Notes: a model not told the origin generated them from the letters alone. 64,000 nucleotides of DNA from Burkholderiales bacterium (GCA_016702555.1 JADJDV010000001.1:74786-138785); one strand, 5' to 3'. Positions 29,239-39,950 are shown, counted from the stretch's first letter. Translations and numbers: made by a program.

Positions 29239-30660
29239 TTACCTCGGCACCATGAAGATGGATTTCTCGCGCACGTCGCCGATGCCGGACGCCTGCACGC
29301 TGAAGCGGATTTCGTGCGAGCCCGGCTTGGCCGCGCCGTACGGCAGCTGCAGGCGCACCGGCACCCACAGGGACTGTGCGCCGTCGATGGTCACGCTCTT
29401 CTCGGTGACCAGTTGCAGCCCCGGCAGGCCTTCCGCGGCGAGCGTGTAGGTCTGCGGCTGCTCGGTGGCGTTCATGATCTGCAGACGGTAGACGTTCTCG
29501 ATCTGCCCACCGTCGACGATGCGCGCCAGCGTGGCGCGGTCGCGCACGATGTCGACCCGGAACGGCGTGCGCAGGAACAGGCTGGCGATCAGCGCGATGG
29601 TGACCGCCAGCAGGATGGCCGAATAGATCAGCACACGCGGGCGCAGCACGTGGCGCAGGATCTCGCGGCCGCCCCAGCCCTGCTCCAGCGCGTGCTCGGT
29701 GGAATAGCGGATCAGCCCGCGCGGGTAGCCGACCTTGTCCATCACCTCGTCGCAGACGTCGATGCAGGCGGCGCAACTGATGCATTCGTACTGCAGGCCA
29801 TTGCGGATGTCGATGCCGGTCGGGCACACCTGCACGCACAGCGTGCAGTTGACGCAGTCGCCCAGGCCGAGTTCCTTGTGGTCGGCGCGCTTGGAGCGCG
29901 CGCCGCGCGGCTCGCCGCGGCCGGCATCGTAGGTGACGATGAGCGTGTCCTTGTCGAACATCGCGCTCTGGAAGCGCGCGTAGGGGCACATGTACTTGCA
30001 CACCTGCTCGCGCATGAAGCCGGCGTTGCCGTAGGTGGCAAAGCCGTAGAAGAAGATCCAGAAAGTCTCCCACGGCCCGAGCGACCAGCTCAGCACGTGG
30101 CCGGCCAGCTCGCGGATGGGCGTGAAGTAGCCGACGAAGGTGAAGCCGGTCCACAGGCCGAACAGGATCCACACGACTTGCTTGCTGCTCTTGCGCAGCA
30201 GCTTGTTGGCCGACATGGGCGCCGCGTCCAGCCGCATGCGCGCCGAGCGGTCGCCCTCCAGCTTGCGCTCGAACCAGAGGTAGATCTCGGTGTACACCGT
30301 CTGCGGGCAGGCGTAGCCGCACCACTGGCGGCCAGCCACGGCGGTGAACAGGAACAGCAGCAGCGCCGAGATGATCAGGATGCCCGACAGGTAGATCACG
30401 TCCTGCGGGTACAGCACCAGGCCGAAGATGTAGAAGCGCCGCGCCTCCAGGTCGAACAGCATCGCCTGGCGGCCGCCCCATTGCAGCCACGGCATGCCGT
30501 AGAAGAAGATCTGGGTGGCGAAGACGAAGAACCAGCGCCAGCGCGCGAACACGCCGGTGACGCTGCGCGGGTAGATCTTCTTCTGCGCCTGGTACAGCGA
30601 CACCATCACCTCGTCGCCGGCGGCGGCGGCGGGTGTCTGGGTGGGGGTGGTTTTGCTCAC
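29239..30660 (-). CDS. ccoG: Cytochrome c oxidase accessory protein CcoG
   Basis: GRQWCGYACPQTV, CKYMCPY, 4Fe-4S motifs CVNCTLCVQVCP and CISCAACIDVC. Confidence 0.96.
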   Translation of the reverse strand: MSKTTPTQTPAAAAGDEVMVSLYQAQKKIYPRSVTGVFARWRWFFVFATQIFFYGMPWLQWGGRQAMLFDLEARRFYIFGLVLYPQDVIYLSGILIISALLLFLFTAVAGRQWCGYACPQTVYTEIYLWFERKLEGDRSARMRLDAAPMSANKLLRKSSKQVVWILFGLWTGFTFVGYFTPIRELAGHVLSWSLGPWETFWIFFYGFATYGNAGFMREQVCKYMCPYARFQSAMFDKDTLIVTYDAGRGEPRGARSKRADHKELGLGDCVNCTLCVQVCPTGIDIRNGLQYECISCAACIDVCDEVMDKVGYPRGLIRYSTEHALEQGWGGREILRHVLRPRVLIYSAILLAVTIALIASLFLRTPFRVDIVRDRATLARIVDGGQIENVYRLQIMNATEQPQTYTLAAEGLPGLQLVTEKSVTIDGAQSLWVPVRLQLPYGAAKPGSHEIRFSVQASGIGDVREKSIFMVPR

Positions 30661-30791
30661 AAGCAGCGGTCCGTGAGTGAAAGCTCAGGCGGCGAGTCTA
30701 GTGCCATGGCGATCACCCTCTCGGCGCACCGGTAAAACGCAGACACCCGCGGGTGTCGCCCAGCAACCGGGCACGCCGGCCCGGATGCACA

Positions 30792-32093
30792 TCACCCCAG
30801 GCTGACCTCGACGCGGCGCGCCTGCGCGCCGGCGCCGGCGTCGGTGTTCTCGGGCTTCTTCAGTTCGATGCTGTCCTCGGCCACGCCGAGCGCCTTGAGC
30901 TGATCGCGCACGGCAAAGGCGCGCTGCTTGGCCAGTTCCTCGTTCTGCGCCGCGTTGCCGCTCGAATCGACGTAGCCGCTGACGATGGCCTTCTTGCCCT
31001 GCTTCACGCCGGCGATCACCTCGGCCAGCGCGGTGTCGGCGCCGCTGGCCAGATCGGCCTTGCCGGTGGCGAAGAAGAACTTGACGACACCATTCTCGAC
31101 CGCGACCGAAGCCGCGTCGTTGCCGGCCGCAGCGGCGGGTGCCGCCGCAGCAGGCGCCGCCGCCGGGGTGGCGCCGGCCACGCCGCCGCCCTTGCCCCAG
31201 ACGTAGGCGGTCAGCACCTTCATCTGCTCGGGCGTGAACTTGGCGTCCCACGCCGGCATCACGCCGGTCTTGCCCTGGTTGATCATGTTGACGATGTGCG
31301 CCTCGATCACCGGGCCGTGCACGAACACGCCGGAGGTCAGGTCGGGCGCGCCGAGCGCCTGGTTGCCCTTGCCGTCGGCGCCATGGCAGGCCGCGCAGGC
31401 AACGAACTTGTCGCGCCCCAGGTTGGCGCGCACCGAATCGTGCGGCGCCTTGGCCAGGCTGAGCACATGGTGGGCCAGGTTGCGCACGTCGTCGGCACCG
31501 CCCACGGCGGCCGCCATCGGCGTCATCACGCCGGTGCGGCCCTTGGCGATGGTTTCATGGATCTGCTCGGGCGTGCCGCCCCAGTTCCAGTGGCCGTCGG
31601 TCAGGTTGGGAAAGCCGGTGCTGCCGCGTGCGTCGGAGCCGTGGCACTGCGCGCAGTTGTTCATGAACAGGCGGTCGCCGATGGCCATGGCCTGCGCGTC
31701 CTTGGTCAGCTCCTCGGTGCTCTTGCTGGCGAAGGCCGCATAGATCGGCGCCATCTGCTCATTGCCCTTGCTCACCTCGCGCTCGAACTGACCGGACTGG
31801 GTCCAGCCAAGCGAGCCGCCGTACGAACCCAGGCCCGGATACAGGTACAGGTAGGCCAGCGAGAACACGCAGGTAATGACGAACAGGCCCACCCACCAGC
31901 GCGGCAGCGGGTTGTTCATCTCGCGCAAATCGCCATCCCAGACGTGACCGGTGGTGTTGTCGGCGGCCGTCATGGCCTGGGTCTTGCCGCTGATCCACAA
32001 CAGGGCCAGGCAGCCGAGGATCCCCAGCAGCGTCGCGCCCGCGATGAAGATCGACCAGAAGTTGCTCGTGAAGTCGCTCGGAAAGTGGTTCAT
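30792..32093 (-). CDS. ccoP: cbb3-type oxidase subunit III with C-terminal OmpA-like domain
   Basis: GHVWDGDLREMNNPLPRWW, two CxxCH, then an Ala/Pro linker and FFFATGKA...GYVDSSG...NEELAKQRAFAV...RRVEV. Confidence 0.93.
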   Translation of the reverse strand: MNHFPSDFTSNFWSIFIAGATLLGILGCLALLWISGKTQAMTAADNTTGHVWDGDLREMNNPLPRWWVGLFVITCVFSLAYLYLYPGLGSYGGSLGWTQSGQFEREVSKGNEQMAPIYAAFASKSTEELTKDAQAMAIGDRLFMNNCAQCHGSDARGSTGFPNLTDGHWNWGGTPEQIHETIAKGRTGVMTPMAAAVGGADDVRNLAHHVLSLAKAPHDSVRANLGRDKFVACAACHGADGKGNQALGAPDLTSGVFVHGPVIEAHIVNMINQGKTGVMPAWDAKFTPEQMKVLTAYVWGKGGGVAGATPAAAPAAAAPAAAAGNDAASVAVENGVVKFFFATGKADLASGADTALAEVIAGVKQGKKAIVSGYVDSSGNAAQNEELAKQRAFAVRDQLKALGVAEDSIELKKPENTDAGAGAQARRVEVSLG

Positions 32094-32130
32094 TTTTGTT
32101 CCTTGCCTGCCAGGGCGTGTCCGTCGTGGC

Positions 32131-32268
32131 TCAGTCCTGCTCGAACGGCAGACGGGCCGCCTCGTCGAACCGCTGCTTGTTGCGGCTCGACCAGGCCCAG
32201 GCCACGATGCCGATGAAGACGAGGAGCGCCACCACGGTCACGATGCTGCGCAGAAGGTTGATGTCCAT
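32131..32268 (-). CDS. ccoQ: cbb3-type oxidase subunit IV
   Basis: Translated by hand: MDINLLRSIVTVVALLVFIGIVAWAWSSRNKQRFDEAARLPFEQD. Confidence 0.92.
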   Translation of the reverse strand: MDINLLRSIVTVVALLVFIGIVAWAWSSRNKQRFDEAARLPFEQD

Positions 32269-32289
32269 GTTGGTCGTCGGTGCGCCGGT

Positions 32290-32907
32290 TTACCTGCGGT
32301 GAATGCCCAGCACCTGCAGATAGGCGATGACGGCATCCATCTCGGTCTTGCCCTTGAGGTCCTCGGGCGCCTTGGCGATCTCCTCGTCGCTGTAGGGCGC
32401 GCCCAGCGTGCGCAGACCGCGCATGTGCGCCTGGATGGTGCCGGCGTTGGCGGCGGTCTTCTCCAGCCACGGGTAGGCCGGCATGTTGGACTCGGGCACC
32501 ACGTCGCGCGGGTTGTTCAGGTGCACGCGGTGCCAGTCGTCGCTGTAGCGGCCACCGACGCGCGCCAGATCGGGGCCGGTGCGCTTGCTGCCCCACTGGA
32601 ACGGCCGGTCATAGACGAACTCGCCGGCCACCGAATAGGGGCCGTAGCGCAGCGCCTCGGCGCGGAACGGGCGAATCATCTGCGAGTGGCAGTTGTAGCA
32701 CCCTTCGCGCACGTACACGTCGCGCCCCACCACCTGCAGCGCCGTGTAGGGCTTGAGGCCTTCGATCGGCTGCGTGGTGGATTTCTGGAAGAACAGCGGC
32801 ACGATTTCGACCAATCCGCCGATGGAGACCACCAGCAGGATCAGCACGATCATCAGGAAGTTGTTGGTTTCGACCTTGGCGTGGCCGGTGATTTTTTCTG
32901 CTGCCAT
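32290..32907 (-). CDS. ccoO: cbb3-type oxidase subunit II
   Basis: [30 protein letters not shown]. Confidence 0.97.
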   Translation of the reverse strand: MAAEKITGHAKVETNNFLMIVLILLVVSIGGLVEIVPLFFQKSTTQPIEGLKPYTALQVVGRDVYVREGCYNCHSQMIRPFRAEALRYGPYSVAGEFVYDRPFQWGSKRTGPDLARVGGRYSDDWHRVHLNNPRDVVPESNMPAYPWLEKTAANAGTIQAHMRGLRTLGAPYSDEEIAKAPEDLKGKTEMDAVIAYLQVLGIHRR

Positions 32908-32926
32908 GACTTCTTACCTCCTTGGG

Positions 32927-34369
32927 TCAGGCGTGTGCCGCGACCGCGGGGATCTGCACCTGCACCGCGCGGCCGGCCGTGATGGTCTTGAGCATGTTCC
33001 ACAGCATGATCACCATGCCGCCCAGGTACAGCAGACCGCCCAGCAGGCGCAGCACATAGAACGGATAGGTGGCCTTGACCGACTCGACGAAGGTGTAGGT
33101 CAGCGTGCCGTCGGTGTTGACCGCACGCCACATCAGGCCCTGCATCACGCCGGCGATCCACATCGCGGCGATGTAGACCACGATGCCGATGGTGGCGGTC
33201 CAGAAGTGCGCCTCGATGGCCTTCACGCTGTACATCTGCTTCTGGCCGAACAGGCGCGGCAGCAGGTAGTAGATGGAGCCGATGGTGATCAGGCCGACCC
33301 AGCCGAGCGCGCCCGAGTGCACGTGGCCCACCGTCCAGTCGGTGTAGTGCGACAGGGCGTTGACGGTCTTGATCGACATCATCGGGCCCTCGAAGGTGGA
33401 CATGCCGTAGAACGACAGCGACACGATCAAGAAGCGCAGGATCGGGTCGTCACGCAGCTTATGCCAGGCGCCCGACAGGGTCATGATGCCGTTCATCATG
33501 CCGCCCCAGCTGGGGGCCAGCAGGATCAGCGAGAACACCATGCCCACCGACTGCGCCCAGTCGGGCAGCGCGGTGTAGTGCAGGTGGTGCGGGCCGGCCC
33601 ACATGTAGGTGAAGATCAGCGCCCAGAAGTGCACGATCGACAGGCGGTAGCTGTACACGGGGCGCTCGGCCTGCTTGGGGATGAAGTAGTACATCATGCC
33701 CAGGAAGCCGGTGGTCAGGAAGAAGCCGACCGCGTTGTGGCCGTACCACCACTGCACCATGGCGTCCTGCACACCGGCGTAGGCCGAGTAGGACTTGAAC
33801 AGGCCGACCGGCAGCGCCGCGCTGTTGACGATGTGCAGCAACGCAATGGTCAGGATGAAGCCGCCGTAGAACCAGTTGGCCACGTAGATGTGCTTGACCC
33901 GGCGCGTGCCGACGGTGCCGAAGAACACCACCGCGAAGGCCACCCACACCAGTGCGATCAGGATGTCGATGGGCCACTCCAACTCGGCGTATTCCTTGCT
34001 GGTGGTGAGGCCCAGCGGCAGCGTGATGGCCGCGGCGACGATCACCGCCTGCCAGCCCCAGAAGGTGAAGGCGGCCAGCTTGTCGGAGAACAGCCGCACC
34101 TGGCAGGTGCGCTGCACCACGTAGTAGGCGGTGGCGAACAGGCCGCAGCCGCCGAAGGCAAAGATCACCGCGTTGGTGTGCAGCGGCCGCAGTCGACCGT
34201 AGCTGAGCCAGGGGATGCCAAGATTCAGTTCGGGCCAGGTCAGCTGCGCGGCGATGATCACGCCCACCAGCATGCCGACCACGCCCCAGACCACCGTCAT
34301 CACGGCAAATTGCCTCACCACCTTGTCGTTGTAGACCGTGGATTGCGTATTGGCGAATGTCATTTCCAC
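32927..34369 (-). CDS. ccoN: cbb3-type oxidase subunit I
   Basis: [44 protein letters not shown]. Confidence 0.98.
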   Translation of the reverse strand: MEMTFANTQSTVYNDKVVRQFAVMTVVWGVVGMLVGVIIAAQLTWPELNLGIPWLSYGRLRPLHTNAVIFAFGGCGLFATAYYVVQRTCQVRLFSDKLAAFTFWGWQAVIVAAAITLPLGLTTSKEYAELEWPIDILIALVWVAFAVVFFGTVGTRRVKHIYVANWFYGGFILTIALLHIVNSAALPVGLFKSYSAYAGVQDAMVQWWYGHNAVGFFLTTGFLGMMYYFIPKQAERPVYSYRLSIVHFWALIFTYMWAGPHHLHYTALPDWAQSVGMVFSLILLAPSWGGMMNGIMTLSGAWHKLRDDPILRFLIVSLSFYGMSTFEGPMMSIKTVNALSHYTDWTVGHVHSGALGWVGLITIGSIYYLLPRLFGQKQMYSVKAIEAHFWTATIGIVVYIAAMWIAGVMQGLMWRAVNTDGTLTYTFVESVKATYPFYVLRLLGGLLYLGGMVIMLWNMLKTITAGRAVQVQIPAVAAHA

Positions 34370-34419
34370 CTCTTTCTTGAATGCACTCGAAAGTTTCCTG
34401 GATCGTAATATGGTTTTGA

Positions 34420-34433
34420 TTGACGTTGATCAA
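34420..34433. promoter_or_regulatory. FNR box TTGAC-GTTG-ATCAA upstream of ccoN
   Basis: Near-consensus TTGAT-N4-ATCAA about 57 nt upstream of ccoN; overlaps the ccoS stop codon. Confidence 0.75.
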
Positions 34434-34567
34434 TCGTGCTCGAAAATCCGCTCACCCTCGCGATCGACGTCGTCGAATTGGCCACGGTAGATCGCCCACC
34501 AAAGCGCGCCCAGAATGAAGAACACCAGCACGACGGAAAGCGGGATCAGCAGGTACAGAATGTCCAT
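34430..34567 (-). CDS. ccoS: cbb3 oxidase maturation protein CcoS
   Basis: Translated by hand: MDILYLLIPLSVVLVFFILGALWWAIYRGQFDDVDREGERIFEHD. Confidence 0.92.
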   Translation of the reverse strand: MDILYLLIPLSVVLVFFILGALWWAIYRGQFDDVDREGERIFEHD

Positions 34568-36897
34568 CAGGCCTCCTCGTGCCGTTCGCTGGCATCCGCC
34601 AGGCGCCAGGCGTTGAGCACCACCAGCAGCGAACTGGCCGCCATGCCGAGCCCGGCGAGCCAGGCCGACACCCAGCCCATCATCGCCAGCGGCACGCCGA
34701 TCGCGTTGTAGCCAGCCGCCCAGGCGAGATTTTGCCGCACGATGCGCAGGGTACGGCGCGCCTGGCGTTGCGTCGCCGCAACTTGCATCAGGCGTTCACT
34801 GGGCAACACGAAGTCCGACTGCGCGCGCGCCAGCGGCACCGAGCGCCCGAAGGCAAACGACACGTTGGCGCCGGCCAGCACCGGCCCGTCGTTGAGGCCG
34901 TCGCCGACCATCGCCACGCGCGCGCCGGCCGCCTGCGCCTGGCGCAGCGCGGCCAGCTTGTCGGCCGGCGTGCAGCCGCCACGCGCCTCGTCGATGCCCA
35001 GGCGCTGGCCCACGCGCTCGGCGGCTTGCGGCTGGTCGCCCGACAGCAGGCGCACGCGCAGGCCCTGCGCGTGCAGCGCGTCGACGGTGGCCTGCGCATC
35101 GGGGCGCAGTTCCTCGCGGAACTCGAAGCTGGCCAGCCAGCCCTGGTCGTCGCTCAGGTGGCTGGCCGGGCCATCGGTCGGCATCGGGCCCAGGCCGCAG
35201 AAGCTGGCCGAGCCCAGCCGCAATTCGGTGGTGCCGGCACCGGTGGCCAGCGCGCCGATCACGCCCTGGCCCGGCACTTCGCTCACAGCCGTCAGATGTG
35301 CGGCGGCATCACGGGCGACCTGCTCGTCGTCGGCGGCACGCACCAGTGCGCGCGCGATGGGATGCAGGCTGCCGCGCGCCAGCTCGGCCGCCCAGGCCAG
35401 CGCCTGCGCGCGCGCGACGCCATGCCGCAGGCGCAGCTCGGCCAGCACGAAGGCATCGCGCGTCAGCGTGCCGGTCTTGTCGAACACCACGGTGTCGATC
35501 TCGGCCAGTTCCTCCAGCGCCTGCAGGCGCCGCACCAGCACGCCACGGCGCGCCAGCGCGCCGGCGCTGGCCAGCATGGCGGCCGGTGTGGCCAGCGACA
35601 GCGCGCACGGGCAGGTGACCACCAGGATCGCCACCGCGATCATCAGCGCGCGCCCCGGGTCGGTCGGCCACCACCAGGCGCAGGCCAGACCAGCGGCCAG
35701 CAGCACGAAGATGAGGAAGGGCTTGGCCAGCCGGTCCGCCAGTTGTGCGATGCGCGGCTTGGCCGTCGAGGCCCGCTCCATCAGCGCCACGATCTGCGCG
35801 TAGCGCGTGTCGGCGCCGATGCGCTCGACGCACACCGCCACCGGCGCCGTCAGGTTGTGGCTGCCGGCGATCACCGGCGCGCCGACGCCGCGCGCCAACG
35901 GTGTCGATTCGCCGGTGAGCAGCGCCTCGTCGACCGAGGTGTGGCCGTCCTGCAACACGCCATCGGCCGGAAACGCCTCGCCCGGCAGCACGCGGATCGC
36001 GTCGCCGGGCCGCAGCCGGCGCACCGACACGCGCACCCATTCGCCGTCGTCGGCGCGGCGCAGCACGCTCTCGGGCAGGCGGTGCATCAGCGCCTCCAGC
36101 GCGCCGGCGGTGCGGTCGCGCAGGCGCAACTCCAGCCAGCGGCCGGTGAGCAGAAAGGCCACGAACATGGTCAGCGAATCGAAGTAGACCTGGTGGCCGA
36201 ACACGCCCTGCGGCTCGAAGGTGCCGAGCGTGCTGACCACGAAGGTGATCAGCATGCCCAGCGCCACCGGCAGGTCCATGCTGACGCGGCGCAGCCGCAG
36301 ATCAAGCAGCGCGTTGGCGAAGAAGGGCCGGCAGGAGAACAGCACCACCGGGATCGACAGCAGCCATTGCGCCCAGCGCAGCAGGTGGATGATGTCGGCG
36401 TCGATCTCGCCCGGCCCGGTGAAGTATTCCGGCGCCGCATACATCATCACCTGCATGGTGCACAGCCAGGCCACGCCCAGGCGCCACATCATCTTGCGCG
36501 TCTCGGCCTGGCGACGCGCGCTGCCCATGGCGTCGTGCGCCGGCAGCGGGCGATAGCCGCTGCGCAGCACCGCCTCCATCCAGCGCGAGGGCACGGTCGC
36601 GCCCTCTTCCCACACCACGCGGCCGCGGTGGCTGGCGGCATTGACCTCGGCCTCGCGCACGCCGGGGCTGGCGCGCAGCGCCTGCTCGATGGTGACCGCG
36701 CAGGCGGCGCAGTGCATGCCCTCGAACACCACCGTCGATTCCCAGTGCGTGCCCGGCCCCTGAGCGTCGGCACCGCCTTGCGGGCGGCTGAACTCCAGCC
36801 ACTCGTCGCGCTCGTCGAGCAGCGCGAACGCACCCGACGCGCGCGCGGGCGCGGGCAGCGTGGGAGACACCGAAGGGATCACAGCCTCGCCTTGCAT
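34567..36897 (-). CDS. ccoI: Heavy-metal P1B-type ATPase CcoI/FixI
   Basis: GMHCAAC, TGES, CPC, DKTGTLT, GDGLND. Start approximate. Confidence 0.93.
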   Translation of the reverse strand: MQGEAVIPSVSPTLPAPARASGAFALLDERDEWLEFSRPQGGADAQGPGTHWESTVVFEGMHCAACAVTIEQALRASPGVREAEVNAASHRGRVVWEEGATVPSRWMEAVLRSGYRPLPAHDAMGSARRQAETRKMMWRLGVAWLCTMQVMMYAAPEYFTGPGEIDADIIHLLRWAQWLLSIPVVLFSCRPFFANALLDLRLRRVSMDLPVALGMLITFVVSTLGTFEPQGVFGHQVYFDSLTMFVAFLLTGRWLELRLRDRTAGALEALMHRLPESVLRRADDGEWVRVSVRRLRPGDAIRVLPGEAFPADGVLQDGHTSVDEALLTGESTPLARGVGAPVIAGSHNLTAPVAVCVERIGADTRYAQIVALMERASTAKPRIAQLADRLAKPFLIFVLLAAGLACAWWWPTDPGRALMIAVAILVVTCPCALSLATPAAMLASAGALARRGVLVRRLQALEELAEIDTVVFDKTGTLTRDAFVLAELRLRHGVARAQALAWAAELARGSLHPIARALVRAADDEQVARDAAAHLTAVSEVPGQGVIGALATGAGTTELRLGSASFCGLGPMPTDGPASHLSDDQGWLASFEFREELRPDAQATVDALHAQGLRVRLLSGDQPQAAERVGQRLGIDEARGGCTPADKLAALRQAQAAGARVAMVGDGLNDGPVLAGANVSFAFGRSVPLARAQSDFVLPSERLMQVAATQRQARRTLRIVRQNLAWAAGYNAIGVPLAMMGWVSAWLAGLGMAASSLLVVLNAWRLADASERHEEA

Positions 36898-36934
36898 AAG
36901 CCGCGCGACTTTAGGCGCTTTGCCTTGCAAGGGC

Positions 36935-36948
36935 TTGACTACCGTCAA
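36935..36948. promoter_or_regulatory. FNR-type box TTGAC-TACC-GTCAA
   Basis: Perfect palindrome between the divergent ccoI and usp genes. Confidence 0.6.
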
Positions 36949-37042
36949 GAGTCGCAGCCGCACGTCTGGTTAAGGTATCGTTGCGCTTGCTGTGCACATT
37001 TATGCGAACGGCAGTCAACGAATCAACCACAGGAGAAACACC

Positions 37043-37486
37043 ATGTTCCAACGCATCCTTGTCGCCACCGACGGCTCCAAACTGTCCAAGAAAGCCGTCG
37101 ACAGCGCCATCCAGCTGGCCGCGACCTGCGGTGCCGAACTGGTGGCGCTGAAGGTGGTGCCCCGCTATCCGCAAAGCTACTTCGAAGGCGCGGTGCCGCT
37201 GTCGGCGCAGGACATCACCAAGGTGGAGGAGCAATGGGCCGCCGACGGCCAGGAAATCGTCGACGCCGTCAAGAAGACCGGCGAATCCAAGGGCGTCAAG
37301 GTCAAGTCGGTGCTGGCCAAATCGGATGTGGTGTCCGACGCCGTGATCGCCGCCGCCAAGCGGCACAAGGCCGACCTGATCGTGATGGCCTCGCACGGCC
37401 GCAGGGGCGTCAAGCGCCTGCTGCTGGGCAGCGAGACGCAGCAGGTACTGACGCATTCCGAGATTCCAGTGCTGGTGCTGCGCTGA
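37043..37486 (+). CDS. Universal stress protein (UspA family)
   Basis: ILVATDGS, DLIVMASHGRRG...LLGSET; AGGAG RBS. Confidence 0.95.
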   Translation: MFQRILVATDGSKLSKKAVDSAIQLAATCGAELVALKVVPRYPQSYFEGAVPLSAQDITKVEEQWAADGQEIVDAVKKTGESKGVKVKSVLAKSDVVSDAVIAAAKRHKADLIVMASHGRRGVKRLLLGSETQQVLTHSEIPVLVLR

Positions 37487-37532
37487 GGCGACACCAGCGG
37501 GCGCACCGGGCGCCCGCCAACGACGAAAGAAC

Positions 37533-37570
37533 GACAACGGCTTCAGGCGCACGCGCCTGAAGCCGTTGTC
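37533..37570. terminator. Long perfect hairpin between convergent genes
   Basis: GACAACGGCTTCAGGCGC / GCGCCTGAAGCCGTTGTC, 18-bp arms. Confidence 0.6.
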
Positions 37571-37597
37571 CATCCATCGCCGCCGCCCGGCGGCGCC

Positions 37598-38230
37598 TCA
37601 GCGCGGCACCGCCTGCCCCACGGGATCGTCATTGCCTTGCGGCTGTGCAGGCGCCGTCGCCACCGCCGATGCCGCGGTGAGCGCCGCCGGCTGCACGCTC
37701 GGCAGCGCTGGCGTGTAGCCGCTCAGGCCCTCGCGCAAGCCCATCTCCAGCCGGTCGACGCGCGCGTGCAGTTCGCGGTTGTGCGACTCGACCGCCTGCA
37801 CCAGGCGGCCGATCTCCAGGTCCACCGGGCGGTCACGCAAGCCCATCTCGGCGCGGTCGACGCGCGCCAGCGTCTCGCGCGTGTGGCCGTTGATCACGTC
37901 GGACAGGCGCGCCACTTCCTGGTCGAGGTGCGCGCGCAGATCGGTGAAGCGCGAGGCCTCGGCCTTGTCGGCCAGCTCGCGCTGCGCAGACAGTTCCTTG
38001 GCGTGGCGGCGCGTCTCGATCAGCACCGTACCCTGCGTGTAGGCGATCAGGCCGACGAACACCACCGACAGCAGCGCCATCAGGCCCAGCAGCACCAGCC
38101 CGAGCGGCGCGCGAATCTCGGTGAAGATCAGAGACAGGTCGGTCGGTCGCGTCATCTCGACCCAGTTGACGCCGATGAAGGCGACGATGACTGCGCCGAC
38201 CAGCAGCAGCAGCAGCGATCTCAAGGACAT
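37598..38230 (-). CDS. LapA-like membrane protein with coiled-coil tail
   Basis: Two N-terminal TM segments (TDLSLIF...APLGLVLLG) followed by a helical region. Confidence 0.65.
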   Translation of the reverse strand: MSLRSLLLLLVGAVIVAFIGVNWVEMTRPTDLSLIFTEIRAPLGLVLLGLMALLSVVFVGLIAYTQGTVLIETRRHAKELSAQRELADKAEASRFTDLRAHLDQEVARLSDVINGHTRETLARVDRAEMGLRDRPVDLEIGRLVQAVESHNRELHARVDRLEMGLREGLSGYTPALPSVQPAALTAASAVATAPAQPQGNDDPVGQAVPR

Positions 38231-38361
38231 GGTTAGGGCTCCTTTTCCTTATTCGTTCGTGTCGCGGCCGCGGCGCGCATCGCCGGGCCGTATCCACCGG
38301 CAGTGTAGCCGGCACGCATCTGGCGGCCTGTCAGTCAAGACCGGTAATCCAGCACCGGCGA

Positions 38362-39924
38362 TCATGCGTCGGTGAACAGGCCCTGGTACCGATTGCGCAG
38401 CAGGTTCTTCTGCACCTTGCCCATGGTGTTGCGCGGCAGCTCGGCGGCAATGAAGCAGCGTTTCGGGATCTTGAAGTTGGCCAGCCGGGCCTTGAGAGCG
38501 CCCAGCAGTTGCTCGGCGTCCAGCGTGGCGCCCGGCCTGGCGATGACGACCGCCACGCCCACTTCACCGAAATCCGGGTGCGGCACGCCGACGATGGCGC
38601 TTTCGGCCACACCGGGCATGTCGTTCAGCACGCTCTCGATTTCGGCCGGGTAGACGTTGTAGCCGCCGCTGATGATCAAGTCCTTGCTGCGTCCGACGAT
38701 GGTGACGTAGCCGCGCGCGTCCTGCTGGCCGACGTCACCGGTCTTGAAGAAACCATCGGCAGTGAACTCCTCGGCGGTTTTCTCCGGCATGCGCCAGTAG
38801 CCGCTGAACACGTTCGGCCCCGCCACCTCGATGCCACCAATCTCGCCGACCGGCAGGTCGGCCCCCTCGTCGCCGCGCACCCGCACGCTCACGCCCGGCA
38901 GCGGAAAACCCACCGTGCCGCCGCGCCGCTCGCTCTGATGGCCATAGCGCGCATCGGCACGGTACGGGTTGCTGGTGAGCATGATGGTCTCGCTCATACC
39001 GTAGCGCTCGAGAATGGTGTGGCCGGTGCGCGCCTGCCAATCGTTGAAGGTCTCGATCAACAGCGGTGCCGAGCCGCTGATGAACAGGCGCATGTGCGCG
39101 GCCTGGCTCTGCGTCAGCGCCGACTCGCCCAGCATGCGCACGTACAGCGTCGGCACCCCCATGAATACGGTGGCGCGCGGCAGGTCGGCGATCACGCGCT
39201 TGGGGTCGAACTTGCCATGCCACAACATGGTGCTGCCATTCAGCAGCGCGCCGTGGATGGCGACGAACAGGCCGTGCACATGGAAGATCGGCAGCGCATG
39301 GATCAGCACGTCGCCGGGCTGCCAGCCCCAGTAGTCCTTCAACATCACCGCGTTGCTGGTCAGGTTGCCGTGCGACAGCATGGCGCCCTTGCTGCGGCCG
39401 GTGGTGCCGCTGGTGTAGAGGATGGCGGCCAGGTCATCCTCGCCGCGCTGCACCGGTGTCTGCCGGTCGCTGCAGTGCGCGGCGCGCTCCAGCAGGCTGC
39501 CACTGCGGTCGTCGTCCAGCGTGAAGACATGGCGCGTGCCGGCCTTGAAGGCGATGGCGCTGACCCAGCTGAAGTTCTTGCTGCTGCACACCACCACCGC
39601 CGGCTCGGCGTTGCCGATGAAGTACTCGATCTCGCCGCTCTGGTAGGCGGTGTTCAGCGGCAGGAAGGCGAAGCCGGCGCGCAGCGTGGCCAGGTACAGC
39701 ACCATCGCCTCGACCGACTTCTCGACCTGCACCGCCACGCGTGGCGGCATGCCGTCGGCGGGCTTGGGGATATCGAGCGACTGCAGCAGGTTGGCCACCA
39801 TGGCGGTGGCGCGGTCGAGGTCGCGCCAGGAATAGAGGAGGCCGTTGTCGGTCTCGACCGCGACACGGTCCAGATCGGCGGGAAAAGCGGCACGCAGGGT
39901 GGCGAACAGGTTCTGGTTGGACAT
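38362..39924 (-). CDS. matB: Malonyl-CoA synthetase
   Basis: YTSGTTGRSKG, LPIFHVHGLF, ERYGMSET, LPRNTMGKVQK; clustered with malonyl-CoA decarboxylase. Confidence 0.88.
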   Translation of the reverse strand: MSNQNLFATLRAAFPADLDRVAVETDNGLLYSWRDLDRATAMVANLLQSLDIPKPADGMPPRVAVQVEKSVEAMVLYLATLRAGFAFLPLNTAYQSGEIEYFIGNAEPAVVVCSSKNFSWVSAIAFKAGTRHVFTLDDDRSGSLLERAAHCSDRQTPVQRGEDDLAAILYTSGTTGRSKGAMLSHGNLTSNAVMLKDYWGWQPGDVLIHALPIFHVHGLFVAIHGALLNGSTMLWHGKFDPKRVIADLPRATVFMGVPTLYVRMLGESALTQSQAAHMRLFISGSAPLLIETFNDWQARTGHTILERYGMSETIMLTSNPYRADARYGHQSERRGGTVGFPLPGVSVRVRGDEGADLPVGEIGGIEVAGPNVFSGYWRMPEKTAEEFTADGFFKTGDVGQQDARGYVTIVGRSKDLIISGGYNVYPAEIESVLNDMPGVAESAIVGVPHPDFGEVGVAVVIARPGATLDAEQLLGALKARLANFKIPKRCFIAAELPRNTMGKVQKNLLRNRYQGLFTDA

Positions 39925-39950
39925 GGCGGAGGAACTGGGGAAACAAAGTC

